NCBI GenBank assembly: GCA_001949185.1
Contig: BDGG01000002.1
Span: 1 to 64,000 of the forward strand
Source of the DNA: Ramazzottius varieornatus
Lineage: Eukaryota; Animalia; Tardigrada
DNA length: 64,000 nucleotides
Direction: 5' to 3'
In this document: piece after piece, positions 25,339 through 37,718 of the stretch
Layout: each line of letters starts with the position of its first letter
Numbering within the stretch: the first letter of the stretch is position 1
The notes under the pieces: generated by a model
The model's database searches: none
What the model was told of the DNA's origin: nothing
The model's input: the letters and a program-made list of their open reading frames with translations, nothing else
Position numbers and translations under genes: made by a program

Positions 25339-28300
25339 ATGGCGGGGGTGGTTATTCGGACGGGTTCTCTGGCCAACCTGGACCACTTTGACAGTATCAG
25401 CGTGGCCAGTGGCTCTTTCAATGGAGCTGTCACTGTCGAACGCAGCCAGTCTCCCTCCAGCCTGCTCAGAGCCACCTACCGCAGGAAAAGTACCTCCATC
25501 TTCAACCTCACTTCTCAGAAGGTAGTATCAGTGTCCCAGTGTCCAATGGACAGGCTACTAGCCGGGTACACACTATATCAGCAGCTACTACTGTAGAGGT
25601 GTAGAGACCTGTCGCGCAATCCCTCTGCTTCCCGGTTGGACGTATCTGCGCCGAAAGCTGTTGTGTGTGTGGGGGGCTACTGCCGAGCAGAAGTGAAACG
25701 TATGGATGGTTATATGGTGTACTGTCCTGTTGTCATTGCAGGGCAAGTCGTACGAGAGTCTGCAGAACCTTCTGCGGGAGATGGACGCTCGGAGGGAGCA
25801 CGCTTGCTGTCTGCGGGCCATCACCACCTGCGAGACGTTGCAGTTGTCCATTGCCGACGACTGCATGCTCTTCACCACCGACACCTGGAGGTCCATAGTG
25901 CGCTCTGCGCAGGTCAGTCCGCCTAGAATAAGGCTCTACAACTGCCAAGTCGGCAGACTGTAACACACTTGTACAGTAGGCCGAAGCAACTCGTCTTTGT
26001 CCAAGATAACTCTCCACCTAATCTGCCTAGCGCTTAGGAGACTCGTACAAATGATAAAGTCCATCAAGTGACTTTGAGGTTTATTCCAGAACCTCGATCA
26101 GAAGCAGTGTGAGCAGCAGGAAGCGGTGTGGGAGCTCCTGGTCACCGAGCTGTACTTTATCCAGCGCCTCAATGTCCTGCGAAAGTTCTACCGCGACACC
26201 ATCACCGAACTGCAAAAGCGGGATGCTACACTCTTTCCGGTAATATTCATCTGTAGCCAGCAGAAGAGCAATACTGATGCTGCATTTTAAGCCAGAGCCA
26301 AATGAATCATTTGCGGCAACAATATGTCGTTTCCTTGCAGAACTTGGATTGTGGGAAACTCTTTGATAACCTGGACGACATCTTCGAAGCCCATGTTATG
26401 TTCTGGAACAAATGTTGCAGTTCGGTCATCCTGCAAGCCAGAAGCACGGGTTTGCCGCTCAATCCCCTCCTAATGTACGATGGTATTTTGAAGGTAAGGA
26501 AATTTGCCCCTTGGACCAGACAAAGTCAGCCAGGTCGTTTCTGCTAGCGGCGCAGGCTTCTAGATGGGATTGTCAGTCCAAGAAGAGCAAGTGACGCTGG
26601 GCCGATACTGTGCTTGCCTTTGTTACGCTTCAGGTCAACAAGTTTCTGGAATGTTACTCGTCGTACTGCGCCCACTACCAAAGTATGACGGCCTACCTGA
26701 AGAGCCAAGTGCAGCAAGACGAGAACCTGCAGCTGCTCATGTCGGTACGATGTGCCTCGTAGGAGAACTGCCCTCAATGTGACAGCGGCCCAAGTGTAGC
26801 ATGATCAACTGTTGCTTTCAGTGGTTCGAAGAGCAGCCAGAATGCGAGAGGCAGCCCTTGTCGCACTGGCTGATGAAGCCGGTGCAGCGCCTGACCAAGT
26901 ACCCCATCCTGATGCAGGCCATCTTGAAGAAGACCAGCGACGACCAGCACCGACTGCTCTTGCGCCACATGATGGACGTCCTAGAGGACTTTGTCCATAC
27001 CATCAACCGCCGCGTCAAGGAGAGCCAAGAAGAGGAAGCACTGATCAAAGTCCACCACCGCCTCGTCCAGTATACCCTTTACGATGGCCTCACCGATGAA
27101 ATATCCTCCGTAAGATACAGTACCATCTCCTTTAACCCGTTGGCTTTCAGTGCCTCTCCACTTGTACCGTAGATTTTGGCTGCCTTTTGTGGGCGACAAG
27201 ACTTGCTGCGGTCTGTCAAAGGGACCTTCGTCAAGGAGTTTACTGTCAAATTCAAGAAAGTGGACGACCAACTGCGACGTGTCGACGCTGTTCTGCTACT
27301 CTTTTCCCAGACGGTCCTCATCTGCAAGCGCTTGAAGAAACAAGGCGACCGCCTGAAGGTCATCAAGCCTCCCCTGCCGCTGTCCAAGCTGCAGCTGTAT
27401 CGCCTGCGTGAAGCCCCCTCCTTCCTCATGGTCCTCCTCAATAGCCATCACCTTGTCGTCGAGGCTCACGTCCTCTATGCCTCCTCTATTGCCCAGCTCG
27501 ACACCATCCTCGCAGCTCTCCTCCGAACCCAGGTAAGGTCACACACCCAACCTCCGACATATGCTTACCCATACCGTCAGTAGGTACCAGTTCACACAGT
27601 AACTGCAAAGTCGCTGTTTCAAGTGGCGCACGCTTCCAGCCAATCACACTAGAGGCCTGCGTCACTTGACATGGTCATGTTGTCCGCTTCTTTGTCCATT
27701 TGATTGCCATTTCTGGCTGGGTAATGTTGGCCCTGTCGACTGCATCTTCTTGTTTGGGGGGTTGTGGACAAAGTATGGCTGTGCTTCAAAGTCTGTTTGG
27801 GCTGTTGACAGGAAGCGCTGGCCAGGGCCTCGACGACGTCAAGTAGGGAGGTAGCGCCTTGTTCGCGTCACTTCAACTTCATGTCCTACGAGCAACGTCG
27901 ACAGAGCACAGACTCGCCCAACGACACGGAGACGGAAGTGGACAGTGGCAGTAGCCCCTATAGTGCCCTCTACACACCATCACCGCCCACATCGCCGATG
28001 GCTGCCCCTCTGGCCCGCAGTAACGCCATGACGTCGATGCAGCGTAGCCAGCTGCTGGCTGGCCGTCGTTGCCGCACCGTCTCGGACTGCCCGCTGCAAC
28101 ACTCCATGTCCTTCCCGCCCACCTGTAGCGTAGCCACCCATAGTCCGCTGCGGCACAGCACTAGCCATTTGCAGGACGGACCATCGGCAGCCACCCTGGC
28201 ACGCTCCAGCAGCGACCAGCAATCCCCTACTACACCAGCCACCTTGACGCGCCAACGCTCAGCTTCATTCTCCCAGGGTAATAATAATACACAAATGCCA

Positions 28301-29329
28301 GACAGTATCACTGTCGATACAGATAGTCAAACCAACAGGAAGACCAGCCTAGATTACTATCTCAACAACTTTTTACAATACGGGGCCACCTCGTCGGTCG
28401 ACCAGAGCGAAGACGAGCTGGATAACTTCTTTACAAAGTCCAGCTCGGACAGCACCATCGCCCGCACTATTGATTTTTCCATCCCTAGTACACCTTCCGA
28501 CAAAAGTATTGTCCCAGAGGATAGCACAGCTAGTCAGCAGCAGGCAACTCCTTCACTGTCGCCCAGTTTTCCCCGCACTTTACGCCACTCCCGCTCCAAG
28601 CTTAACCGTAGGTGTACAAATAGCGATGAAAGGGGACCCTTGAGGAAGCGAGAGAATGCCTTCCGTCAGATCAAGAGAAACATGCATAATAATAAGCGCT
28701 TTCTGACTGACACGGCTGTAGAGACGTCGGACGAGCAGCAGGGCCATAGTAGCAAGGGGCTAACAGGCTACTACCGACGACACACGGGCTCCTGGTCGGA
28801 AAGTGATGTAGGGCCGATGGACAGTCCGCTGTACTCGACCAGTACCAGTCGCACAAGTGACTACGATCCAACTCTCTCATCCGATGTCTTGCCCAAGGAA
28901 GCCACGCTGTCGCGCAACAGTTCCAGCGGTATCAGTGTGGCCTCTGTCAACGACAAGGACACAACCGATACGGCCACCTTGAAGAAGGACAACCCTTGGC
29001 GCTTCCCCAAGAAGCTGGAAACTCTGCTGTCGGTCAGGAGCTCCAAGGACGACGACGATGAGGAGGCTGGCACGACCCTCTTCGCCGGACCTGCCGAGTA
29101 TTGCCAAGATCTCTTCCGCGGAGACAGCCTAGAATGGCAGGGGAAACAGCCAGAGAAAGACGGCCAAGCCCAGACAGCGCAAGTCTTCAGCAGCGTCTTG
29201 GTCATCAACCTGGCAACCTCGGCAGCCAGTCAGCCCAACAGTAGGACTGGCTCGCCCACAAGCTCGTGGAGAAAGCAGAGCGTGGAGAATATTTTAGATG
29301 ATAGTGATTTGGAGATAACCCGCGTCTAG
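25339..29329 (+). CDS. DH-PH Rho guanine nucleotide exchange factor (PLEKHG5/6/7-like), about 8 exons; start uncertain
   Basis: QQEAVWELLVTELYFIQRL, LFDNLDDIFEAH, WFEEQPECERQPLSHWLMKPVQRLTKYPILMQAILKKT, PH-like LLLFSQTVLICK...KVIKPPL, long Ser-rich tail ending EITRV*. Confidence 0.88.
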
Positions 29330-29441
29330 CCTCAGCCTTTTTCCCTCTTTCCTTGATCGACATGTTTCACTTTCTTTCACAAGTTTTCCATCTTGTACTT
29401 CTTTTGAATACTCTTTCGCCCCAGACGATAATTATACTGTA

Positions 29442-29608
29442 CACGCGCGAAGAGAAAGTTGGAGCAGTAAAAAGTTGGAGCAGACGGAAAGGGGANNNNN
29501 NNNNNNNNNNNNNNNNNNNNNNNNNNNNNNNNNNNNNNNNNNNNNGCCGCCGTAGCGAAACGGCCTGATCCAAACTTTTCACTGCTTCAAACTTTCTCTT
29601 CGCGCGTG
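29442..29608. mobile_element. TA-flanked MITE with long TIRs (Tc1/mariner-like target)
   Basis: About 45-bp inverted repeats CACGCGCGAAGAGAAAGTT... / ...AACTTTCTCTTCGCGCGTG, TA on both sides, central gap. Confidence 0.8.
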
Positions 29609-30098
29609 TACTTTTCATTCTTCCATCTTTCATGTTGTCGGTCTTATTACACAGATGGATACTACCAATCGCGTGACGTGCATTTTTGGCCGAATCCGTT
29701 TTAAAGTGCTGTATATCGGAGTGAAGGTATATAGGTATTTCTATTATCAGCAAGCAGTAGAAAGAAGCCCAAGGTACACGTGTGAACAGAAAGGGAGATA
29801 AGATTGGCGCTTCGCAGGTTCCTTTGTTGACTTGGCCTGCTGAAAGGGCCGTTAACGTTTACCGTTTCACTTTCACAGGCCCCTTTTCCTCCACAAAATA
29901 TTGGGGAGAAATCGACCATACCGTCTCTAGCGCTGACCCATGCCTTGCCGTTGTTTTGCTTGCAAAGCTTGTCTGCTTCCGTTGGGTACTGTTTGGCCGG
30001 CTTTTAGGAAAGCTCACGTCCACCTTTGAGCCCGGCATCGCGTGGTTGGAGATTCAGACTAGCTTGTATTCTTTTCCTGGTGTTTCTGTTCCGACCTG

Positions 30099-31304
30099 AT
30101 GACACCAGCAGCCGATGTTGAGTCTGCGAGAGCGGTCCGCCTTGGGGAGTTTTACAGCAGCATGAGGCATGGCACAGCGGTACCCTGCAGCCGAACCCTG
30201 CCGAAATCAGGCTGGCTGTACAGAATGCCACGGAGATACTGGGCTGTCTTAATTTTCGTCCCCCTCATCTTTTTAGCAAGCCTGCTGACCTACCTGACAT
30301 GGTTTGCTTATACGGCGGAAGAGCTACGTGACAGAGAGCAAAGTGTTTCCTTCGACTTGTCCACCTACTCTCCCAGCTATCTCATCAATCAAGCCAACGT
30401 CTGTTCTATCTTCAGTGGCAACAAATGGCCAGCAGAGGGCGCCACAGGTCCGGCCTTGTCCATCCTACTGTACGTCCACAGCCGACCTGGCCATTTCGCA
30501 CGACGCACCTTCTTACGCCAGGCCTGGCTCCATCCTCGCTTTGCAGATGGCGAAAACTACAGCATACGCTCTGTCTTTATTGTAGGCAAGGCCCACGACC
30601 CCTCCGGATCCATCCAGAAGAAACTCCAAGAAGAAAGCACTCAGTACCATGATTTGATTCAAGGAGACTTTGTGGACGTCTACGAGAACTTGACCATCAA
30701 GGAAGCTGCGGCACTTGCTTGGGCAGATACTCACTGTTCCTCGGCTAGCTTTGTTGTCAAGGCGGACGATGACACTATCATTAAACCTTGGGCCCTAACG
30801 GAGACCATCCGCCGCCACTTTGATGTGCAAGATATAATAAGGCAGCCGGCCTTCCTGTGCAAGGTCTACCGCTACGAAGAGCCTCACCGCAACCCACGGA
30901 AGAAATACTTTACTCCCCGTTCGCAGTACGCCCAAGACGTCTTCCCTGTACATTGTGGTGGAGCTTTGCGAATTACTACAAGCTCCACCGTCTCTTTGCT
31001 GCTGCAGAGCTTTGTCAAAGCGCCCTATTTGTGGCTGGAGAATGTCTTCTTCACCGGTGTAGTGGCCAAGTTGATCGGAGCCAGCCACAGCCACGAAGAC
31101 TATTTGCTGCGTGACACGGACGATTTTTCCATCGGTTATGCCTACTTCACCCGACGACATTCTCCCTGGGTGGCACTGCATGCACATAACCTCAAGTTGG
31201 TCAGACAGATTTGGACAGACATCATGGCCAACACACCGGAACATTTCCAAGACGGCTTGGACAAGAGGCTACCACAACAACACGACAAGGAAGACAACGA
31301 ATGA
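30099..31304 (+). CDS. GT31 beta-1,3-glycosyltransferase (B3GALT/B3GNT-like), single exon
   Basis: Type II TM anchor; VHSRPGHFARRTFLRQAW, DLIQGDFVDVYENLTIK, FVVKADDD, FPVHCGG, WLENVFFTG. Confidence 0.93.
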   Translation: MTPAADVESARAVRLGEFYSSMRHGTAVPCSRTLPKSGWLYRMPRRYWAVLIFVPLIFLASLLTYLTWFAYTAEELRDREQSVSFDLSTYSPSYLINQANVCSIFSGNKWPAEGATGPALSILLYVHSRPGHFARRTFLRQAWLHPRFADGENYSIRSVFIVGKAHDPSGSIQKKLQEESTQYHDLIQGDFVDVYENLTIKEAAALAWADTHCSSASFVVKADDDTIIKPWALTETIRRHFDVQDIIRQPAFLCKVYRYEEPHRNPRKKYFTPRSQYAQDVFPVHCGGALRITTSSTVSLLLQSFVKAPYLWLENVFFTGVVAKLIGASHSHEDYLLRDTDDFSIGYAYFTRRHSPWVALHAHNLKLVRQIWTDIMANTPEHFQDGLDKRLPQQHDKEDNE

Positions 31305-31460
31305 GACCCAGCCTGTCCACAGTTTCATTTCTCAACAACGGCTTTTCTATCCGTCTTTCACTGACTGCAAACGTCGATTTACGACTGACTCACTTCAGGC
31401 AATTTCAAGATACTATTTCTTTCAACCGTAAACTGTGGAACCATGAAACACTGTACAGTA

Positions 31461-32487
31461 CACCCTGTCCCAGCCAACTTGCTACCACCTCGAACTTCGA
31501 CGCCAAAAAATTCACGTTGCTGGTTTTCCATTCCTTCCTCCACAGTACTCTTACAACTTTTTATGCATTATCGAGTGAGCTATGACTCGATAGATTAAGC
31601 AAGAAACAGCTTCGAACATTCCACTGATACGACTTCCGGCATAGAACGCTCGGTGAAGCTACAATAAGCCGCTTTAGCCGTTCTTAGCCGTGGCTAAAAA
31701 TATCTTAGCCGCGGCTAAAGCAGCTAAAATACNNNNNNNNNNNNNNNNNNNNNNNNNNNNNNNNNNNNNNNNNNNNNNNNNNTGATGTTGAGTCGGCTAA
31801 ATAGTTTTGGCATCAATAGATCATTCAAACGCACAATACATTCTAGCCGTGGCTAAAATATTTTAGCTGCTTTACCGGCGGCTAAGATATTTTTAGCCAC
31901 GGCTAAGAACGGCTAAAACGGCATATTTTAGCTTCGCCGAGCCTTCTATAACTTCCGGCGGGGAAGACATGTCGCCGCGACTGAAGTGCAGTGTTCAGAA
32001 TTCTGTATGTAAGTTGCGATCACCAGTCCGATGATGTTAGGTCCACAAGGCCCAGAGTTGTGATTACGAAACAAAAAAGACCATAGAAATATCGAACTAG
32101 ATCGGCAAATGAATCAAAACCAGTGATTTTGGCCATTTTGCCGGGAAAACCGTTTTGCGGCGAAATTTGTAGCTCTCGTTCAGGACGGCAGATTCAAGTT
32201 TCCGACCCCCAGTCCGTGGCTCAAACTCGGTTCTAATTACTTTCAACAAAAAAACTGCAGGTGTTCAGTACGACACAGGAAATGATTTTCGAAAGCGGTC
32301 CAGAAAACGCACCTTTTCTAGTTTCATGTCGATTTTCACTTCCTGTAAACAGATTTCCGGCCAGTTATTTTTCGTGGGACGGCAAATGGAATGCTGAACC
32401 AAGGAAAGTTAGTTCGGACGTTGAACAATAATCGAGTCGAGACCAACTCAATATAATGAGCGGTAGCAAGTTGGCCAGGACATGGTG
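31461..32487. mobile_element. TA-flanked non-autonomous DNA transposon, copy 1
   Basis: TIR CACCCTGTCCCAGCCAACTTGCTACC / GGTAGCAAGTTGGCCAGGACATGGTG, TA flanks; homologous along its length to 36291-37037. Confidence 0.85.
31640..31950. mobile_element. Palindromic MITE with TTAGCC motifs, nested insertion
   Basis: Long TIRs CATAGAACGCTCGGTGAAGCT / AGCTTCGCCGAGCCTTCTATA; perfect 8-bp TSD ACTTCCGG; empty site present in the sister element at about 36463-36470. Confidence 0.9.
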
Positions 32488-33718
32488 TATATGACGCCCG
32501 CAGCAATTCTCATTGCCTACTTTCCTTCTTGCCATCTTTTCATACCTTCGCCACTTGCGCATCTTAGCCAGCTCATCCAAATTCCATAAGGTTAACTGCC
32601 CTTTTCCATCGGCGTATGTCGTCAGCAGACTTTTGTCACTTGGAGAAAACTGGCAGTTAGTGACGATGGACAGATGACCAGTCGTCTGCAGTACAAGCTC
32701 CCTCGTCCAACCATCCCACAGCCGTATGCTGCCATCGGTAGCCCCACAGGCAAACATATTCAGCTGGCTGTTGGAGAAGTGACAGCAGGTGTAGCAGGCC
32801 GGTATGTCGATAGTAGAATCCAGCGACGACCGGTGGGTCCCGAGACGATAGGCACCCGAGGCCAGGTCGAAGAAGCCTACACGGCCATTCATGGCTGTCG
32901 TTAAGAGGTTGCGACCGTCTTTGGAGAAGGCCAGGTCGCTGATGTAGACACTGTCATCGTCTAGCCTTAAAGTTCTGCTCTGAGAACGAAGGTCATAGAT
33001 GACGGCCGGACCTGTAGTGCAGGCAGCGGCTATACGAGTGCCGTCAGGGCAGAACTCGACGCTGCTGATATTGCCACTACAGAGGTTGCAAACTCGGTGG
33101 ACGACCTGGTCGCTTCGCTGATCCCACAACATGATGGTGCGGTCCATGTCGGAACCGCTGACGATCAGACCGTCATGGCAGCTGCACACGTCACAGCACA
33201 GCAGCGAAAAGTCGCTCTCGCCGACCCAGATGGGCTGGCCGCTGCTCACATCCCACAAGTACAGACAGCCATCCATCCCCGATCCAACCAACCTATAGAC
33301 AGACGGACAGCATTGCCAGACTTGCGCCATACCTATCTTGTCTTCAAAACGTTCTGATAGCTGTACTTACTGCTTGGCCTCCGAGCTGGTTCGGACCTGT
33401 GATATGGAGCTTCCAGCATTCTTTAAGCTCTTCATCAGCTCAAAATTCCCTAGCTTCCAGATATCCAGCGAGTTATCAGCAGAGGCCGTGGCCAGCAGGT
33501 CGTCGCTACCGAGGAATACCGCACTACGGATGGCTGCATGGCGGAACACCAAACGCTTGATATCTGCCTGCAACAGTCGCAAAACGTCGTCTTCAAGTCA
33601 AGATACTACTGGCTGTAGATTCTATTAACATCCCATCATGGATGCGATACCTCTCAGCGACCTTTTTCAAAATGTCGCTGGCTTCTCCATCTACATCGCT
33701 TAGTACTTCATCGTCCAT
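32365..33718 (-). CDS. WD40-repeat protein; both ends uncertain
   Basis: Repeats LATASADNSLDIWK, SGMDGCLYLWDV, SDMDRTIMLWD, GATDGSIRLWD, GHLSIVTNCQFSP. Confidence 0.85.
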
Positions 33719-34021
33719 TCCCACAGTGTCCTTCAGCGACTTCCACGGACCGCTGCAGCATTTCCCTTCGATGAGTTTTAATCAAAAGGAAAGTAGGGAG
33801 TATGGCTGATCAGCTTTGACATTATTACCAAGAGAGTAGCAAAACCCATCCGACCGCAAACGACAAGACCTAAAGAGAAGTTGGCTGGCTTTCCAGAGGG
33901 ATCAGCCATCACAGAACATCGCTAAGAAACCGTCTGCAGCCCACGCTGCATCGAGTGTGGTAAACACTCTGGGCTGACCGTATCGCAAGTTGGGTAGAAA
34001 TGCACAACTCGGCGGCTTAGC

Positions 34022-34837
34022 TTAGTCAGCGGACAGAGCCGTAGGAAAGCTAGCAGATTTGGCAGCTACCTTGATTGGCCCTGCTCGAAAAACAATACCG
34101 CACTTAACATATGAGAAGTCTTTTAGACTGTTAGAGGGTCTGTAGCGTGCGCAGCTAGAAAGTTACTGTACCTCCAGGTCGACCGGTGTACGAGTCGCCA
34201 CTGAATATTCCTCCGCCAACGGTGCTGACGAAGCTCCCTTCTTTATCGTGTGAGGTGGTCAGTCCCGTACATGTCCACTTACTTTCAAACTTACACGTAC
34301 CAATGTACTTTCTCGCCCTCGGACTGGTGTCCAGCGCAGAAAAGAAGCCTGCGAAAGAAAACATCTTGTATGTTGGTAGAGATTCGCCCAATCCCCGCAT
34401 GACGTCACAGACAGTTGAGCGCGCGATCAGTGGACAGTGACGCCACGCACGACCAGTTTGGACCAATAAAATTACCGTCATTGACCGTCCAGCTCCCCTT
34501 CACCGCTTCCCCTTCTCCCACCAGATTAAAACCATGTAGACGTTTGGGGTCCTTGTCGTTGGCGTGTCCTGCATCCCTGAAGCTGTTGAAGCAGATATTC
34601 GATCCGTCCGAGTAGTAGTCGCAGGCGAAACTCTTGACATCGACACGTCCGCCGTCAGCCGCAGCTGCAGCAGCAGCCTGCCCACCTACAAAGAGCCCTC
34701 CGTCCTTTCCTTATAAACCATGTTTATGGCATAGTACGCCACGCCTTACCTGTCGAACCAGCAAGGATACCGGAGATAATGACCAAGAACATTGCCCAAT
34801 GCCTACGGTAGTGTGGGGAAACGTCTATGGAGAACAT
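34022..34837 (-). CDS. Orphan secreted 4-Cys protein, paralog 1 (YYSDGSN family), 4 exons
   Basis: Signal exon ...MFLVIISGILAGST; SFACDYYSDGSNICF; KGSW; RKYIGTCKFESKWTC; GGGIFSGDSYTGRPG; last exon GPIKVAAKSASFPTALSAD*; three phase-1 GT-AG introns. Confidence 0.8.
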
Positions 34838-35563
34838 TATGATAAGTCAAAACTTTATTTACCGCTCGCTTGAAACCCCCCACGGCTGACCAAGCGAAGC
34901 GGATCCACGAGCCAGTTTCGATCTTTTGTTCACAGTAGAAACTCTTTGAAAGTTGGGCCAGCGGTCAGTATTGACAATGAACTTCTGGTTTTTGGGTTGA
35001 ACTGTTGGCTTCTCCAATATATATTTGCAGAACTTGAAATCTCTTTCAGTCGGCGGCCGACTGGGTAGGCTGCTTTACGCTACTTATTGCATTAAATTAA
35101 TCCATCGGATTGGAGGACGAGCAACCTGGAAGCCTGGAGAAGTCCTCCGATTTTGAGGCCACTGTGCACCAAGAGTGGGTACGCACAGGAGTGAAGTCTG
35201 GGGATTGTGGTCGTATGATTCTGATGCCAACGACTGTTGCAGGTGACAGTATCGCAGATTTGGTGATCAAGCTAGCGATGTCTTAAGAGCAGCTGCCGCC
35301 TTCCGGTCCTGTGGAACGTGTCTACTTAGAGAATGGGGAGGCCGTACTGGGAAGCATGTCACCTGCGGAGAGGTTGCTTCACCTGAATAGGGCGCTGCAG
35401 AAAGTGAAAGATGAAGCGTATATTGATCCCTCCTATAGCGGGCAGCCACACTTCCGGATAGGTCAGTCGTCGGGTCTTGCCTTGTGACTTGACCCTTCAC
35501 GACATGAACTGATCCGATATAGCAATTGTTGCTGCAGCACATTAGTCTGACTATTTCTTGTAG

Positions 35564-36180
35564 GAGATGAGGTGGCGGTCCTATCACAGTGCTTTTACTG
35601 CGCCAAGGTACCTCCTCTTGCTGTGTGTACCTAACCTACGGTTGCTGGTCAATGTCAGTCATGCTATAAAATACTGTTTGCAGATCACAAAGATGGATCT
35701 GGATTGGATTTGTGAGGAGAATGAGAAGAAAGTGCCACTGTACAAGGTCTCGTATCGTGATTAGACCAAACAGTAAGACTGTAATGGTGCTGTATATTCT
35801 GCAACATGTCGGGCAGGTGTGCTTTTTAGACGACGTTGGTTGTTTGTTGCAGCGAAGCGGGGCGAGAGTGGGTTCCCGAATACGATGTTAGCGCTCTCAG
35901 CGGCCCGGTGTACCAGCCCATCCAACTGTGGTTCGCCCATCGTGACAAGATCCAAAAGAAGTACGTGTCTCCTTCTCTGTCAGAAAAGCTAGTCAGCTGA
36001 AGGAAAACTGCTTGTCCTTCCAGATGGTCGGCGCTGCCAGCAGAGAGGAAAAAGGATGTTTTTCTTCTTGACAAAGAGGATTACGCCAAAGTAGCCAGTG
36101 CCGTCGATGAGCACTTCCGTCAATCCTTCTTCATTCACAACCCGCAAATGTCTCTGAGAAAGTTTCTAGGTCTTCACTGA
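35564..36180 (+). pseudogene. Chromo-barrel/Tudor-knot-like gene with a premature stop; 5' extent unclear
   Basis: Spliced reading GDEVAVLSQCFYCAK|ITKM...LYKVSYRD*TKHEAGREWVPEYDV resembles the MRG15/MSL3 chromo barrel (Y-x-V-H-Y-x-G-W...D-E-W-V-P-E); the Trp position is TAG at 35762-35764. Confidence 0.55.
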
Positions 36181-36290
36181 GCTCGAGGTCAGCCATCAAT
36201 CCAAGCGTAGCCCGCTGCTGATCTGGAGAGCCACATGTTTAACTTATATCCTTCTGTCTCTCAAGATACCAGCACAAGATGCTGTAATTA

Positions 36291-37037
36291 CACCCCGCCC
36301 AAGCCAACTTGCTAACAACTGGGATTTCGACGAGGAAAAATTCAGAATGCCACACTCCCGTTCGTGTTTCATCTTTCTCCATACAACTTTTCAAGCTGCT
36401 TCGACTGAGCTATGATAGGTTCAGTTATGGTGACAAGCTGTTCGAAAAGCTTGACTAGTATGACTTCCGGTGGGGAAGACATACCGCCAGGGGGTCAGAC
36501 GCTCTTTACAAAATTCCATGCTTGACTTCTTATCCTGACATTGATGTAAATAAACATATAACTATTCTAATAGACGAGAAGGATCGAGAAAGACCAGAAA
36601 AGGTCCAAGCGAACTTGAAAAACGATTTAGAACCGTCGAACCTGACCGTTTTGCCGGGAAAACTCGTTTTCGAAAAACTTTCCAACTGTTTTCCAGAACG
36701 GTTAATTTGCGGTTCCAGCCACTTTTCTGTTACAGTAGTTCTATGTTTGTGTTAATTGTTTTTCGTAACCGTACCGTGGGGTGCCAACGGAAAACTGAGA
36801 AACAGTTTTTCGAAAACGGACCCGAAAATGACAAAAGTTGGTGCGTTTTTCACTCAGCCATCCTCCCCCTGGTTAACGTCGATCATGACTTTCTGTAAAC
36901 AGAGTTTTGGCCAATAGTTTTCCGAGAGGCAGCAAAGAGAATGCTAAACCAGGGAAAACTGATTTGGAAGTGGAAAACTAATCGAGTCGAGCTAGGCTTG
37001 GTAAAATGAGTGGTAGCAAGTTGGCTTGGGCGGGCTG
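36291..37037. mobile_element. TA-flanked non-autonomous DNA transposon, copy 2
   Basis: TIR CACCCCGCCCAAGCCAACTTGCTA / TAGCAAGTTGGCTTGGGCGGGCTG, TA flanks; homologous to 31461-32487. Confidence 0.85.
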
Positions 37038-37718
37038 TATATGACTGTTCTTTACTCATACAGTCAACTCAACAAACCGAACGAACCAGAACGTGGCTCT
37101 AACGACGACCTACCGACGTTGTTAACATCTTTACGACTATTTCACTCGATCAACATCCCCTACTTACCAGCATGCACTACCAGACAGAAATCACTCTGGA
37201 ATTTTCACATAGAAATTAAGAAATACTTGCCGTTTTGTCGGCCCGCAGGCTTCGATCGCGTTTCCCACAGCCATGGACTTTGCTTCCTTCTTTCGACGTA
37301 GCTTTAATTTGTCTACCGTGTTCGACACTTTGTCCATTTTTTTCATCGCTCAAGTTGTACATGAGCCGATGCTTGCTTTGAATGTTCTGTGAGATGGGAA
37401 GTTTGGGTAGTATCAAATTAGTCTTCTGGCGTCTTCGCCACCAGAAGCTTGCTTCGATATTCCCGCCCGTCTTGGTGTTGATCTCCCAGGGGTTATTTGT
37501 GTTTGTGTACTCATTTGCGTACTGCGTAGTACACGTACGCTTGATGTCTTGCAATAAATGCCAAAATTTGCCAATATTTCCTATCGATTTGAGGTCTCAT
37601 GCAAACCCGAGAACATTAATTCCCGGTATCTTGCCCAAGCACAAATTTGCATCAAAGTGTCGTGATATCATCGATGTTTGCGGTCGACGGTCAGGTCTTT
37701 GTATGAAACCCTGGCGAT

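Noticed and set aside
31670-31920. TTAGCC/GGCTAA motifs as telomeric repeats
   Set aside because: They are dispersed within TIR arms bounded by a perfect TSD, not a tandem array.
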